Source of the DNA: Eledone cirrhosa
Taxonomy: Eukaryota
Direction: 5' to 3'
Assembly: GCA_964016885.1 (NCBI GenBank)
Contig: OZ024756.1
Span: forward strand, 37,324,001-37,388,000
DNA length: 64,000 bases
Below are positions 52,633 to 64,000 of this stretch, piece after piece. Under the pieces are notes generated by a model. The model had not been told where the DNA came from and did no database searches. It saw only the letters and a program-made list of their open reading frames with translations. The position numbers and the translations under genes are program-made. Position 1 is the stretch's first letter. Each line of letters begins with the position of its first letter.

Positions 52633-53039
52633 GTATGTCAACTTCTTCTTCACACCCCGCTCTTTCCACCCCCCCCCCCCCCCTCCCCCCTCTATTCTCA
52701 TAATTTATTTTTCTCTTACCAACATTAATACTACCATATATATTAAAGTGAGCATACTCTGTTGGGTGTGGACGTTAGAGAATGGATAAACTGAGTATCA
52801 GAGGAATTAGGTGTAGTGTGTGAGAGAGAGATGACTGTGCTGGTAAGGACTATAGACATGTGAAGTGTATGGAGGATGGCCACTAGGTGAATAAGTCCCC
52901 CCCCTGGTGATGCCAGTGGAAGAAAGCTACAGTAAAGGAAGACCAAGGAAAACCTTAGCAGATGGGGTGAGTGCTGGTCTCAAAATGCTGAACCTCACAG
53001 ATGTCCTAATCCTTCACCTTCTTTGTTTATCTGTTACAG

Positions 53040-53140
53040 GATCATTCTCAATGTGCTGTACACTGTGGTAGAAACTATGAGATGTGTTGAAGAAACTGAA
53101 GAAGAGAAAAAATTGAAGATTCAATTCAAAGCTGAATTAA
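53040..53140 (+). CDS. STRIP1: STRIP1 exon 7
   Basis: IILNVLYTVVETMRCVEETEEEKKLKIQFKAEL; phase 2 to 1. Confidence 0.92.
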
Positions 53141-53550
53141 GTAAATCTTGTTTTTATTGTTGTTGTTGTCGAATGGTTGCTGTGAAGTAGGAAGGGAATT
53201 CAGTGGTAGAATATTTGCCAAATGAAGGGTCAGAAAAACTCTTTAGCTATGCCAAGAACATGACAACCTTCCTAGTGCTGGTGCTATGATAAAATACATT
53301 CAGTAGAGTCTGGGATCATATTCTGTAAAGTGGTTAAAGAATGGAGACTCCAACCTCTTTAGTGGTGGTGCCATGATAAAATACACCCAGTACACTCTGT
53401 AAAGTGGTTTGTGTTAGTAAGGGCATCCAGCCATAGAAACCATGTGTGTGTGTCCTCAGCCCTCACTTTGCCAAGAATTTAACTGGGTTTCTGTTTTGTT
53501 TTTTAATATATATATTAATAACACAATATCTGCCAACCCACTATCCTTAA

Positions 53551-53771
53551 CCCTTCAACATTTACATTACTCTATATATACTATTATATTTTTGTGGTAA
53601 TGGCTTTATCTTACATAATTATCTCACATAATATCGAATCTATGAGATTTTGATATTATTTATTATGAGAACAATACCTTAACATCAGTATGAGTAGCAA
53701 GTTATAGCCAGTTTGAACAGACAGACGTGAGAGAATTATGGCCGAGTATGGCCGGTTTAAATGCTAAAGGG
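53551..53771. mobile_element. TTAA-flanked MITE (piggyBac-like)
   Basis: TTAA|CCCTT...AAAGGG|TTAA. Confidence 0.8.
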
Positions 53772-53815
53772 TTAAGATATCTTGATAATGATGTTTGTCA
53801 CTCCTCCTTTTTCAG

Positions 53816-53943
53816 CAATGCCATATGTTGGTGATGAGATCCTTGCAGTAACACTGTTTGGAATGGTGAATAGGTTCTGTAGTCCAACTGCTCCACACTT
53901 CCCAATCAAGAAGATATTACTGCTTCTCTGGAAGATTATTTTG
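53816..53943 (+). CDS. STRIP1: STRIP1 exon 8
   Basis: MPYVGDEILAVTLFGMVNRFCSPTAPHFPIKKILLLLWKIIL (hallmark APHFP.KK.LLLLWK); phase 1 to 0. Confidence 0.95.
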
Positions 53944-54035
53944 GTAAGTATCCCCTTTGTAATACCCTGCTACAACCCTGTCTTGTCCCTAGACAGGAAC
54001 ATTGGCCATATAGCACAACACTTAGACAAATAGAC

Positions 54036-54520
54036 CATTTGTCTTATATTGGTCTAATGATTCTATGGCACAGTCGTTTGATACTTACATCCTACCAGTT
54101 GTGTTATATGGTCTTGATTGTGTTAATTGGACGACAAGGTCACTTCAGAAGCTCTCTACATTCCAGAACCACATCATGAGACTTATGACTGGCAAGCGGC
54201 TCAACCACCGTATCTGTATCAGTGAGCTGTTCAAAATTACCAAACTTAGACCAATTACATCAATTGTCAAGTCAAGAGTACTCAAACTATACGGTCATAT
54301 AAAAAGATCAACTCGTGGTGTGAGTAGGTTATGCCTGGTGAGTAGGTTGGCTGGTAAAAGAAGCAAAGGCCGACAACCAAAACGATGGCTTGATAATGTC
54401 AATTCATGTACTGGACTTGATCTTTACTCTTTGAACTCTGCTGTTGGTGATCGTACTTTGTGAAGAGAGATATTACATGTTAATGCGCAGTCTGCAACTG
54501 GCGGAGTTTAGCGTAAGAAT
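54036..54520 (+). mobile_element. RTE-clade LINE, 5'-truncated ORF C-terminus
   Basis: ILPVVLYGLDCVNWT...LKLYGHIKR...GKRSKGRQPKRWLDNV...DRTL is the typical post-RT region of RTE elements. Confidence 0.85.
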
Positions 54521-54892
54521 GACTTTTATTATAATATAAACCCATGCTAGCGTGGAAGATAGACTTTAAATGATGATGATGATGAACAAGTGGGCCAGCT
54601 TTGTCATGCTGAATCTCTCTGGGAATTACATTAAGGGCTATACACGTCTTTCGAATGCTCAGACACTTGCACATTTCTTAAGTTGGCTGTTCCATTGTTC
54701 AAAGAACTGGAACACTAACCATGAAAACCAATGAAGCTCCCTTCTGTTGCTGCTTCTACCACTACTACTACTACTATCACCACCACTGCTACTACTACTA
54801 TTACTACTATCACTGCTACTACCACCACCACCACCACTACTACTACTACTACTACTGCTACTACTATTACTCTATTTCTTCACCCCCTCCAG

Positions 54893-55078
54893 TTGTCCCT
54901 TGGTGGCCTGAGAGAGCTCCAGGATGAGAAGAATCTAATCCGTAACCAACACGGTTTACCTGGTTTACCTGAAGATCCCTATGAGGTTTGCAAGAATATG
55001 CGGGCTTCATCACCGCCAGCATCGACGGCCGATCTCATTGAACAGCAGATGCCAAAACGTGGTGTTCGAGGCAAAAGG
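54893..55078 (+). CDS. STRIP1: STRIP1 exon 9
   Basis: LSLGGLRELQDEKNLIRNQHGLPGLPEDPYEVCKNMRASSPPASTADLIEQQMPKRGVRGKR; phase 0 to 0. Confidence 0.94.
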
Positions 55079-55800
55079 GTAGGACTCTTTTATTCTGTTC
55101 CAAACTCTCCCTTTCTTTCTTCTATCTCAATATATTGTTGTTGCTGTTGTAATTGTGTTTACACGAAACACTACCCTTTCAGACACTGCACCTTTCAACT
55201 ACCCACACATACCCCACCCCTGTTTTTGGTAGCTTGCATATCCTGATAAACTGTGTACTGGATCCTTAAGTGAGGAAAAAGAGGGGTTAACAGTTTTTAT
55301 GCCAAACGTCACTGTGAGATTGATTCCCTTCGATTAATTTTAACTCAAAAAGATTCCTCGGTTTGGTTTGGTAATAAGCTCTACTTCCTGAACATGAGGT
55401 AAACTCAACCACAAATCCAGTTGCCCCAGAACTCCTTCCACGATGGTGTGGACAGCTGAAAATTTGGATTGATATGATCGAATTGTATCTTGAGCTAATA
55501 ATCTGGTTCTTGAATAATATATGGTGTTCATTATTGGAATAGTGATTATCTGACGATATATATATATGCATCAGAAATCCACAATTGCTGTTCAGTTGGG
55601 TGGCCACTGTTTGCAATATTGTGGATGCATGGGTTGTCTGCCAGTAGAATCGTGGCTGGATAGCAATATCTGGAACATAACATAACATAACAAAGGTTGT
55701 TAGATAAACTTATGATGGCAATTTTTTAAACACTTTAAAATAAACAGATTTGTAGTAATGAACGAGGGGTGGTTTCAGGTGGGTTGCTACCAGGAGGATT

Positions 55801-56221
55801 TTAACCCTTTACCACTTACACTACTCTATATATACTATTGTATTTTCACGGTAAAGGCTTTACCTCAAATGATTACCTTACATAATATTGAATCTACGAG
55901 ATTTTGATATTATTTATTTTGAGAACAATACCTTAAAATTGGCATGAGGGACCAGTTTGAACAGAAAGGTGAGAATTCTGGCTAGATACAGCCGATTTAA
56001 CCCTTTAGCATTCACATTACTCTATATATACTATTATATTTTTGTGGTGAAGACTTTAACTCATATAATTATGTCACATAATATCGAATCTATGAGATTT
56101 TGATATTATTTATTTTGAGAACAATACCTTGACATCAGTATGAGTGGCCAATTAAAGTCAGTTTGAACAGAAAGAGGTGAGAGAATTCTGGTCGGTTATG
56201 GCCGGTTTAAATGCTAAAGGA
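55801..56221. mobile_element. Two adjacent TTAA MITE copies (55805-55996 partial, 56001-56221 complete)
   Basis: Same internal sequence as 53551-53771. Confidence 0.78.
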
Positions 56222-56429
56222 TTAAAATAAACAGATTTGTAGTAATGAACCAGGGGTGCTTTGCTATCAGGAGAGTTTTAAAGGTTAAATTTTGATGGAA
56301 TTTCTTTGTTACATAAGCTGATGTTGACTCTGTCAGTTCTATAAAAGAACAGACATAGTTGAGGTTGCCCTTGGATATTTTGATGTAACACCTACCTTAA
56401 AACTCATTGTGTGTGTGGAGGTGGGCGGG

Positions 56430-57020
56430 TGCAGTGTGACACTCCACTTGTAGAGTTTAGTAGGGTGGAGTGCAATAGAGCACCCCCACATGTAGTGTTT
56501 AGATGAGTGGCACTCCAACTGTAGTGTTTAGTTATTGTGGCACACCACTCTGTAGTGTTTAGCTGTAGCACTCCACTTGTAGTGTTTAGCTGTATATGTG
56601 GATTGTGGCACCCCACATGTAGTGTTTAGCTGTATGTGGAGTGTGGCACCCCCACATGTAGTGTTTAGCTGCATGTGTGGAGTGTGGCACCCCATATGTA
56701 GTATTTAGCTGTAGAGTGTGGCACCCCACATGTAGTATTTAGCTGTGGAGTGTGGCACCCCACATGTAGCGCTTAGATGTGTGACACTCCACATGTAGTG
56801 TTTAGCTGTGGAGTGCAGTGTGGTGTCACATGTAGTGTATAGCTGTGTTGCACGCCACATGTAGTGTTTAGCTGTGTTTGTGCTTCACATGTAGCGTTTA
56901 GCTGTGTGGAGTGCAGTGTGGCACTCCACATGTAATGAGTCTTTAACAGTGTGACAGCCCACATGAAGTTAGTGTTTTGCTATATAGGATGTGGTGTGGC
57001 ACCCCACATGTAATTTAGCA
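56430..57020. repeat. ~29-33 bp minisatellite (GTGTGGCACCCCACATGTAGTGTTTAGCT)
   Basis: More than 15 degenerate units visible. Confidence 0.88.
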
Positions 57021-58726
57021 ATGTGAACTGAGGATCAGCATTGATACTGAAGTCATACAATCTTATGATCAAAGGTGCTATTCCAGCCATGCCCACCCTG
57101 TCTACCCTATCTTTTGAAAATGGTGTGTTAGTTCCTTCTAGGACTGTCTTTGAGATATAGTTAGGTAGCATAAAAGGTTTCCCTGCCACATGAAAAAGAC
57201 ATGCCATATATATATATGTATATATATGTGTGTGTATATATGTGTGTGTCTTTCTCTCTCTCACTAAATATAATATATATATATATACATATATATATAA
57301 TCTCTCCCTCTACATTATGTTTAGTGTATACTCCGTTTATTGTGGTTTTTATTTTTCTTTGATTATATTCCATTCCATTGTCCCCTCCTCCCAATAATTG
57401 AAAGATATCAACCACATGTGAGTGGGGTGTGGTGTGGTGTATGTGTTTCACACCATATCATACCATACCATATCATACTATACACCCCCCCCCCCCAAAC
57501 GTTACCCCTACCATTAAAACTTCTTTCTCTATTTAACATCCTTCACGCTCTAAACATACCTGTGTGTCCTCAGCCCTAACTCTGCCAAGAATTTAACTGG
57601 GTTTCTTTTTTTATTTATATATATATTAATAACACAATATCTGCAATAACTCGGCATTTAACATTGAAATTGCTAATTGCTGTTCAGGCTTTCTTCTTTT
57701 CTTCTTTTCTTCTTTCAATTCCTTTCATTCTCTCATTATATATATATCTGAGTTCAAATCCCGCCGAGGTTGACTTTGCCTTTCATCCTTACGGGGTCGA
57801 TAAAATAAAGTACCAGTAATGCACTGGGTAATTGCTGGCCTTGTGCCTAAAGTAGAAACAATTATATATATATCTGTGTATTTATTTATCAATATACTAA
57901 TAGGATAGCAAGTTTATATATACATAAATATATTAGAAAGTGAATATATCCATATGTATATTAATATTGTCTGTGATCCAGAAACCTTTGGTAATGGAGT
58001 AGCTGTATTTTGTGTTGTTCACTTTCTAATTAAATAGCTCTGTTCTATACATAGAGCACTCTTTTTTCCTTTGCTTTTTGTTCGGAATTACCTAACACAT
58101 ATACATAAATATATATATAAATGTATATAATGTTAGCACAGATTAAAAGTTTAAGCAAATGATTTCTGCTTTCACCCTGAGCGGGATTATCTGTAATTAA
58201 GAAATATCAATTTGTGGGCGCAGAAGTAAATATTTCAAAAAACATTACAACCAAATATTGCCTTCAGAACACAGATATAACGGTAGCTCATGAAGACGTT
58301 CTCTTGAGGTGATCGAAATGTATGCAAGGAGAATTACGTCATTAGGTGAAGTGGGAAGAACAAATTCTTGCTTTGAAAAAGTCAGATTTTAATAAACATT
58401 TGCTCTATGGGTTTATATATATATATATACTATGATGATGATGATGATATACTGACTCATTTCCTATTATATATATATATATTATGTAACTATATACTGG
58501 GATTTATAGTGGACTTCTCTTGATTGCTGGCCAGCCCCCAAAATTCATTGTTTGTGTGTCTATTTCTCTCCTAAGTCTACCTTGTTGATGTTGTAGCTGT
58601 TGTCGTTGTTGTTCGGTCTGCTGCTTCTATGTTATTGTTTTGAGTTTTTTTTCATCTAAATTAGAATTTTCAGACTGTTTTTGAAACCTTTGGATGAATG
58701 AGGGGTTGTGTGTGTTGGTAATTTAA

Positions 58727-59277
58727 CCCTTTTGTTACTATATTTCTAATGAAAGACACTGCCTATGATTTTCAAATTATTTTGAAAATAATCAAGAATT
58801 CAGAGAGGTTTAGTAATTTAATTAACTAATAAAGTCTGTGTTGGAAGGAATTTAATCTTTATGATATCAAACCATCTGAAACTACCCTAGTTTGATGATA
58901 CAAGGCCATTTGTTTTAAAGTGTTTATATTTATGAAAGAAAGAAAACTTCCATCAAATATTTTTTTTGAGAACATTTCTTAACCCTTTAGCATTTACATT
59001 ACTCTATATTTACTATTGTATTTTCATAGTAAAGGCTTTATGTTACATAATATTGAATCTATGAGATTGTGATATTATTTATTTTGAAAATAATACCTTG
59101 ACATTGGTATGAGTGCCAGTTACAGCCGGTTTGAACAGAAAATGGTGAAAGAATTCTGACCGGATGCGGCTGGTTTAAATGCTAAAGCATTAAGTCAACG
59201 TTCTAAATAGCAGCTTTTCAAAGTAACTTGAAAATCACATACAGCATCTTTCATTAGAAATATGGTTTTAAAAAGGG
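58727..59277. mobile_element. Second TTAA-flanked MITE family with a first-family MITE (58983-59189) nested inside
   Basis: TTAA|CCCTTTTGTTACTATATTTCTAATGAAAGA...TCTTTCATTAGAAATATGGTTTTAAAAAGGG|TTAA. Fragments also at 28500-28750, 35003-35240 and 48520-48930. Confidence 0.7.
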
Positions 59278-60654
59278 TTAATGTTGTAGGGCAGTTAATA
59301 TTGAGGATCTGTCGCAGTTGGAAGGGAATATATACTGTGTTAAATTTGGTGAAAAATGGGTTTACAAATAAACTGCAAGTAGTTACTGCACATCAAATAT
59401 ATTGGTCAGAATATAGAGGATAGAAAGAGACTGAGTGTTGTGGTTTCTCAGAGAGAGAGAGAGAGTCTTGGCTTCAGAGAACATGGGAAACATTTAACCA
59501 TACTTTTCATATGAGCCACCTACATAGTTTTAAGGAGAAGAATCTGAGCATGTTAGCACCATTAGAGAATATTGAAGTATTTTCTGTAGTAACACTTTTT
59601 CTTATTGTAATGACAACTTTCATGACTATTTCAAGCATGTATATATTTATCTGAAACTTTATCAGCTGAAGCTGGTATTGTTGTTGCTTTTTGGCTGTTT
59701 TTTTTTTTGTTGTTTTTTTTTTTCAATTTTTTTTTATTTCCCATATATACATCCACATCGGTATCATATATGCATTGTACACACACACACATACATATAT
59801 ATATACAGATACTTACATACATATATACATATACTCTTGTGTACATTCACCTCCACATGAATGACTTATATAAATTTTATACACTAGGATTCTTTTCAAC
59901 ACGCGTATGCATATACATTTATATGTATGAATATATAAATATAAACGTGTAAACACAGACACACTTACAAAAATACACACTCACAGATATACATTCACAC
60001 AAATACACATATATTCACAGAAACGCACATACATTTACACAAATACATACATACACATACACAGTGTAGCAAATGGAACGTCAGCCGTTGTTTTGCCTGT
60101 AGATTTTTCACCATCCCCTTCCTTTCTTTTAAATACACATAAATTCGCACAAACATACACACACATTCTGTGACCGATGGAAGTTGTTCAAATTTATGTA
60201 TAGATATATTCCTGAATCTAGCAGACCCACCCCTCCATCTGGTCTCTTGAATACAGCAAACATCAACATTCTAGCGAAACCTACAGTCAGTAGGCACCTC
60301 TTAACCAAAATACACCCCCACCCCCATCTACACCACCCCTTTCGATGTAAAGTTATGTTGGTACCACAACATCCAGTCCTAAATAAATGAGGTCATGTAG
60401 GTGTCATGACAAAAACACACAGTCCACGCTGTAATGTGGCCGTGTAGGTAACACGGTAAAAACCTCCCAGTCCACACTGTTAACATGGTTGGTGTTAGGA
60501 AGGGCATCCAGCCGTAGAAAACCTGCCAGACAGTCCTATACGAGCAAGACAACCAATCTTGCCTCAAGTGGGACAATTCCCGTCTAAACCCATGCTAGCG
60601 TGGAAGATAGACGTTAAACGATGATGATGATGATGATATATACATTCACCTCTA

Positions 60655-61005
60655 CATGGATGACAAACAATAATCTCTTTTACTGCAAATCCGCTGTGGA
60701 TTCTTTTGGCCTCCACCCAGTAGAATGCTGGTACAGTGTTGGCTGCCTCTTGTACCATGCTGCTCTCAATGAGATCATAAAGTATGGCTTGGATGATGCA
60801 GACTTACCTCTCCAGCTTGAGCCAGTGGGGCTGGACTATTGAAATATCTGCTGCTCTTCGATAGCCTTGTGGTTGAACCTGTGGCAGTGGAGACTTCGGT
60901 ATTCTTGGCCCCTGGACCACATTCCTACTCACCACTTTTCAGGGAGAAGCAAGCTGGCTTAGCTATTCCAATGTATCTCCCTCACCATCCACTTGGTGGA
61001 GTTGG
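60655..61005 (+). mobile_element. CRE/R2-type non-LTR retrotransposon C-terminal relic
   Basis: CKSAVDSFGLHPVEC...HAALNEIIKYGLDDADLPLQLEPVGLD and KY...VVEPVAVETS resemble the zinc-knuckle/restriction-like endonuclease region (D..G.H...C..RH..LN.II...L...G.P...EP.GL; P.AVET.G). Confidence 0.65.
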
Positions 61006-61524
61006 CAGTTTAGTGCACACACACACACAGAGACCCTTTTCTATATTAGTTAAGGGAAAGTTTTTAATTATTACTATTAATGATATAATTCACTTTGATG
61101 TTGTTGTTGTTAATGCTGTGTTTTTTTTTCCACTTTATATTATTTGGTTTCTAAAAAGAAAAATTTAAAAACGATTTTTTCGAATTTTTTTATTTATCTA
61201 TTAATTTTTCTTTGAAAATTGTTGTTGTTGTTGTTGTTGTCACATCCTTTGCTTGGCCTGCCTCTTTCTTATCTTTGCTTTTTTCTTTTTTTCTTTTTCT
61301 TTTTTTTCTCGCTTGCTTTTTTTTCACTTTTTTACATCTCTTCCTCCTCCTTCTCCTAACACCCTTCCTCCCACACCCACACCTTACCACTCACCTTTTT
61401 TTTAATTATTAATTTTTTTAAAAATAATAATAATAATAATTCCTCCTCTTCCACCTCCCTCTCTTATCCTTCTTACCTTTTTTTTCCTTCCTTTTGCCAT
61501 CTGCTCTACCCTCCCACCTTGTTC

Positions 61525-61572
<48 letters not shown>

Positions 61573-61808
61573 ATCTTCAACTGGACTGTGGTGGTGATGG
61601 GTTTGGTGGGGGTGATGGTGGGTCTACATTATCATATGTGATGGTGTGGGTGGATCGGGTCCTCTTAACCATTTTCTACCTATTTTTCTCCTTTTTCTTC
61701 TTCTTCCTGCTTTCTCTTTCTCTCTCTCTCTATGGGGTGGGGGCGGGGTGGGGTTCGCCTTTTTTTTCCTTTTTTTTTTTTTTTTTTTTTTACTGCTAAA
61801 ACCTGAAG

Positions 61809-62083
61809 AGTTTGCTGAAACAGATCAGTTTGGATGGCTACGAGAGCAACGGCAACAACAACAACAACAACAACAGTGGTAACATCATCAACAGCAACGG
61901 AGACCAGCAGCATCGCACCGACGATGACTTCCTCTCTACTGATGGCACACCTGCCCCCACTGATGACGAAGACGATGAAGTCGATGACTCGATGCCACCG
62001 AAACCGCCACGACCACTCTCCTCCCCGCCACCACTTGCTGCTGTCACAACTGCAAAATGTTTACCATGGAAACCGAAAGTGAG
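61809..62083 (+). CDS. STRIP1: STRIP1 exon 10 (acidic/Asn-rich linker)
   Basis: SLLKQISLDGYESNGNNNNNNNSG...KCLPWKPKV(R) contains conserved L.KQ..LD and LPW.PKVR; phase 0 to 2. The exact acceptor is slightly uncertain. Confidence 0.85.
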
Positions 62084-62129
62084 GTAGGTGACCGTTACCC
62101 AAAGTGTGAACGATGGATGAAAGATTCAG

Positions 62130-62510
62130 GTTGGTGTGGTGTGGTGTTGTGTTAGGTGGTGTGGTGTTGTGTTGAGTGGTGTGGTGTGGTGTGGTGTGGT
62201 GTTGTGTTGAGTGGTGTGGTGTGGTGTGGTGTGGTGTGGTGTTGTGTAGTGTGGTTCTGTGTGGTGTAGTGTTGTGTAGTGTGGTGTGGTGTGGTGTTGC
62301 GTGGTGTGGTGTTGTGTTGTGTAGTGTGTGGTGTAGTGTTGTGTTGTGTGGTGTGATATAGTGTGGTGTAGTATCGTGCTGTGTGGTGTGGTGTAGTGTG
62401 GTGCTGTGTGGTGTGGTATAGTGTCGTGCTGTGTGGTGTGGAGTACTGTGGTGCAGTGTTGTGTGGTGTGGTGTGGTGCAGTGTAGTGTACTCTGATGTG
62501 GTGTGGTGTG
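62130..62510. repeat. (GTGTG)n pentanucleotide repeat
   Basis: Directly visible. Confidence 0.92.
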
Positions 62511-62767
62511 GTTCAGATTGTATCTCATAGGCTTCTTGAGTGTCTTCAATGATAGGTGTCCTAGTTCAGCAGTAGCTCCTAATGAAAACTTCCTCAAACT
62601 GTGACAACCCATTTGACCCATGCTAGTATAGAAAATTGTACATAAAATATGGTAGAGGTGGTCATGAGGCTCAATTGGCTTCTTTCCTTTTTATAATCAT
62701 TGTAAAAGACATGTTGCTTTTTCTAATATATTTTGTCATGAACAATTCTGTTTTTTTATGTTTTCAG

Positions 62768-62897
62768 GTTAAAAGATCTAGAATTGTTTTTGGATCAGAC
62801 CAGAGCAAAATTTGTTGGTTTTCAAGTAAAAGGGGATCATAGTTCCCTAGCTGGTCTTCCACAGCCAATACATGAAGGGGTTAAGGTATTACGGGAA
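62768..62897 (+). CDS. STRIP1: STRIP1 exon 11
   Basis: RLKDLELFLDQTRAKFVGFQVKGDHSSLAGLPQPIHEGVKVLRE; phase 2 to 0. Confidence 0.94.
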
Positions 62898-63839
62898 GTA
62901 AGTGGATTTTATATTCTATTTGATCCCATTTTTATTGTTGTTCCTGTACCAGGCGATGCGTTATGTCCTTGAGCAAGACACTTTATTTCACGTTGCTCCT
63001 TCTACCTGGAGTTGCAACCGATAGATAGTATTAGCAACTGGAAAGACCGACGAAAACACTGTTTCTTTGAAAGTCGATCGATCCTTTTTTTTTTTTATTG
63101 TTGTAAGGCAGCAAATTAACAGAAATGCCAGAATGTCTCTGTCAATTTGCCACCTATATATATATATATATATAATACACATAATGTATAATATATATGT
63201 CTAGTACATTATATATAGTATACTGCACTACAAGATATATTCTATACATTTTTAGCCTATGCTGTAGGTTTAAATCTAATCTAATCTGGCCGAGTTTACA
63301 CTCACAAATAAGAAGAACCAGGGCCGCCCCTAGGAACATTGGATTTGGTGTACTTCATATTTGTTTTCGTTGCTGAATACAATCAGGGGTCGCTGCTTCT
63401 CCTGAAGGTTAATAGTTCTCTTCTAACTCAAGTGGGAGTGCCTTTCCAGCAACCCCACCAAGTTTACTTGGTGAGGAGGGTGATTTTGGACACCCTGCAG
63501 GACAAAAAACAAAACCTGACAAAGGGTGGAAGAACTCACAAGAATCAACGGCTATCTAAAAAAAAAATAAAATAATAATAATCCTGCCAAATCAATGGGT
63601 GGCTGTAGTTCCAGCCACACACATCGAAAGACTGGTGTAGTGGTTCTGAGAACAATGTGGCTTTGTAGATGATCAATGCAAATTGTAGGTTTAGACAAAT
63701 GTAAACACCTCATGTGGAACTAAATACTGTAAGGTATCTGAGGATCGGCCTCTTTCTCTTATATCCCTAACAATAATGTCCTCTACTGCCCGCATAAAAA
63801 CTCTATACTCTTTCATATAGAATTTTATTTATTTTACAG

Positions 63840-63911
63840 CATTTGTATATCTCTCTGTCTGAATTACAAATTAAACGTGAAGACGAGATTGCTAGAAATC
63901 CATTTTCTATG
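63840..63911 (+). CDS. STRIP1: STRIP1 exon 12 (gene continues beyond the window)
   Basis: HLYISLSELQIKREDEIARNPFSM; cag| and |gtaagt. Confidence 0.92.
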
Positions 63912-64000
63912 GTAAGTATGTTTATTTTTGTCTTTTATTTGCTCTCTTCAAACATCAAATTTAATTATTTTGTCATTGTTAAGCTGGTGTTTGGAGCATA

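Noticed and set aside
55287-55700. 133-aa minus-strand ORF in STRIP1 intron 9
   Set aside because: No recognisable motif; probably decayed retroelement sequence, but I cannot assign it.
63300-63800. Higher-complexity segment with ORF 63339-63575
   Set aside because: It is not needed for the STRIP1 reading frame (exons 11 and 12 join in phase) and has no recognisable product; likely a repeat relic.

Overview
AT-rich, microsatellite-dense animal genomic DNA. Repeat style and gene content suggest a cephalopod such as Octopus; this is inference. Three intron-containing protein genes can be assembled by hand with consistent GT-AG splice phases. (1) The last coding exon of a Scratch-type (Snail superfamily) C2H2 zinc-finger gene (+, 9421-10199); its SNAG-bearing first exon was not found in the window. 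(2) A complete 7-exon MBD4(/MeCP2-like) methyl-CpG-binding DNA glycosylase gene (-, 45101->29412, 493 aa). (3) The first 12 exons of STRIP1/FAM40 (+, 46842->63911, continuing past the window), head-to-head with MBD4. The rest is SINEs (at least 3 families), TTAA-flanked MITEs, RTE/CR1/R4/CRE LINE relics, LTR-like pieces and tandem repeats. The most unusual signal is about 10 hammerhead-ribozyme-like cores (CUGAnGA...GAAA...NUH, several with palindromic stem III) in short non-coding elements, many embedded in (TA)n tracts. Several of these elements begin with near-perfect 38-64 bp fold-back hairpins. A decayed Penelope-type GIY-YIG endonuclease fragment is also present. Together these suggest a diverse population of non-autonomous Penelope-like/retrozyme-like ribozyme elements. 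Almost all short ORFs in the supplied track are microsatellite artefacts. Repeat coordinates are approximate, read by eye.
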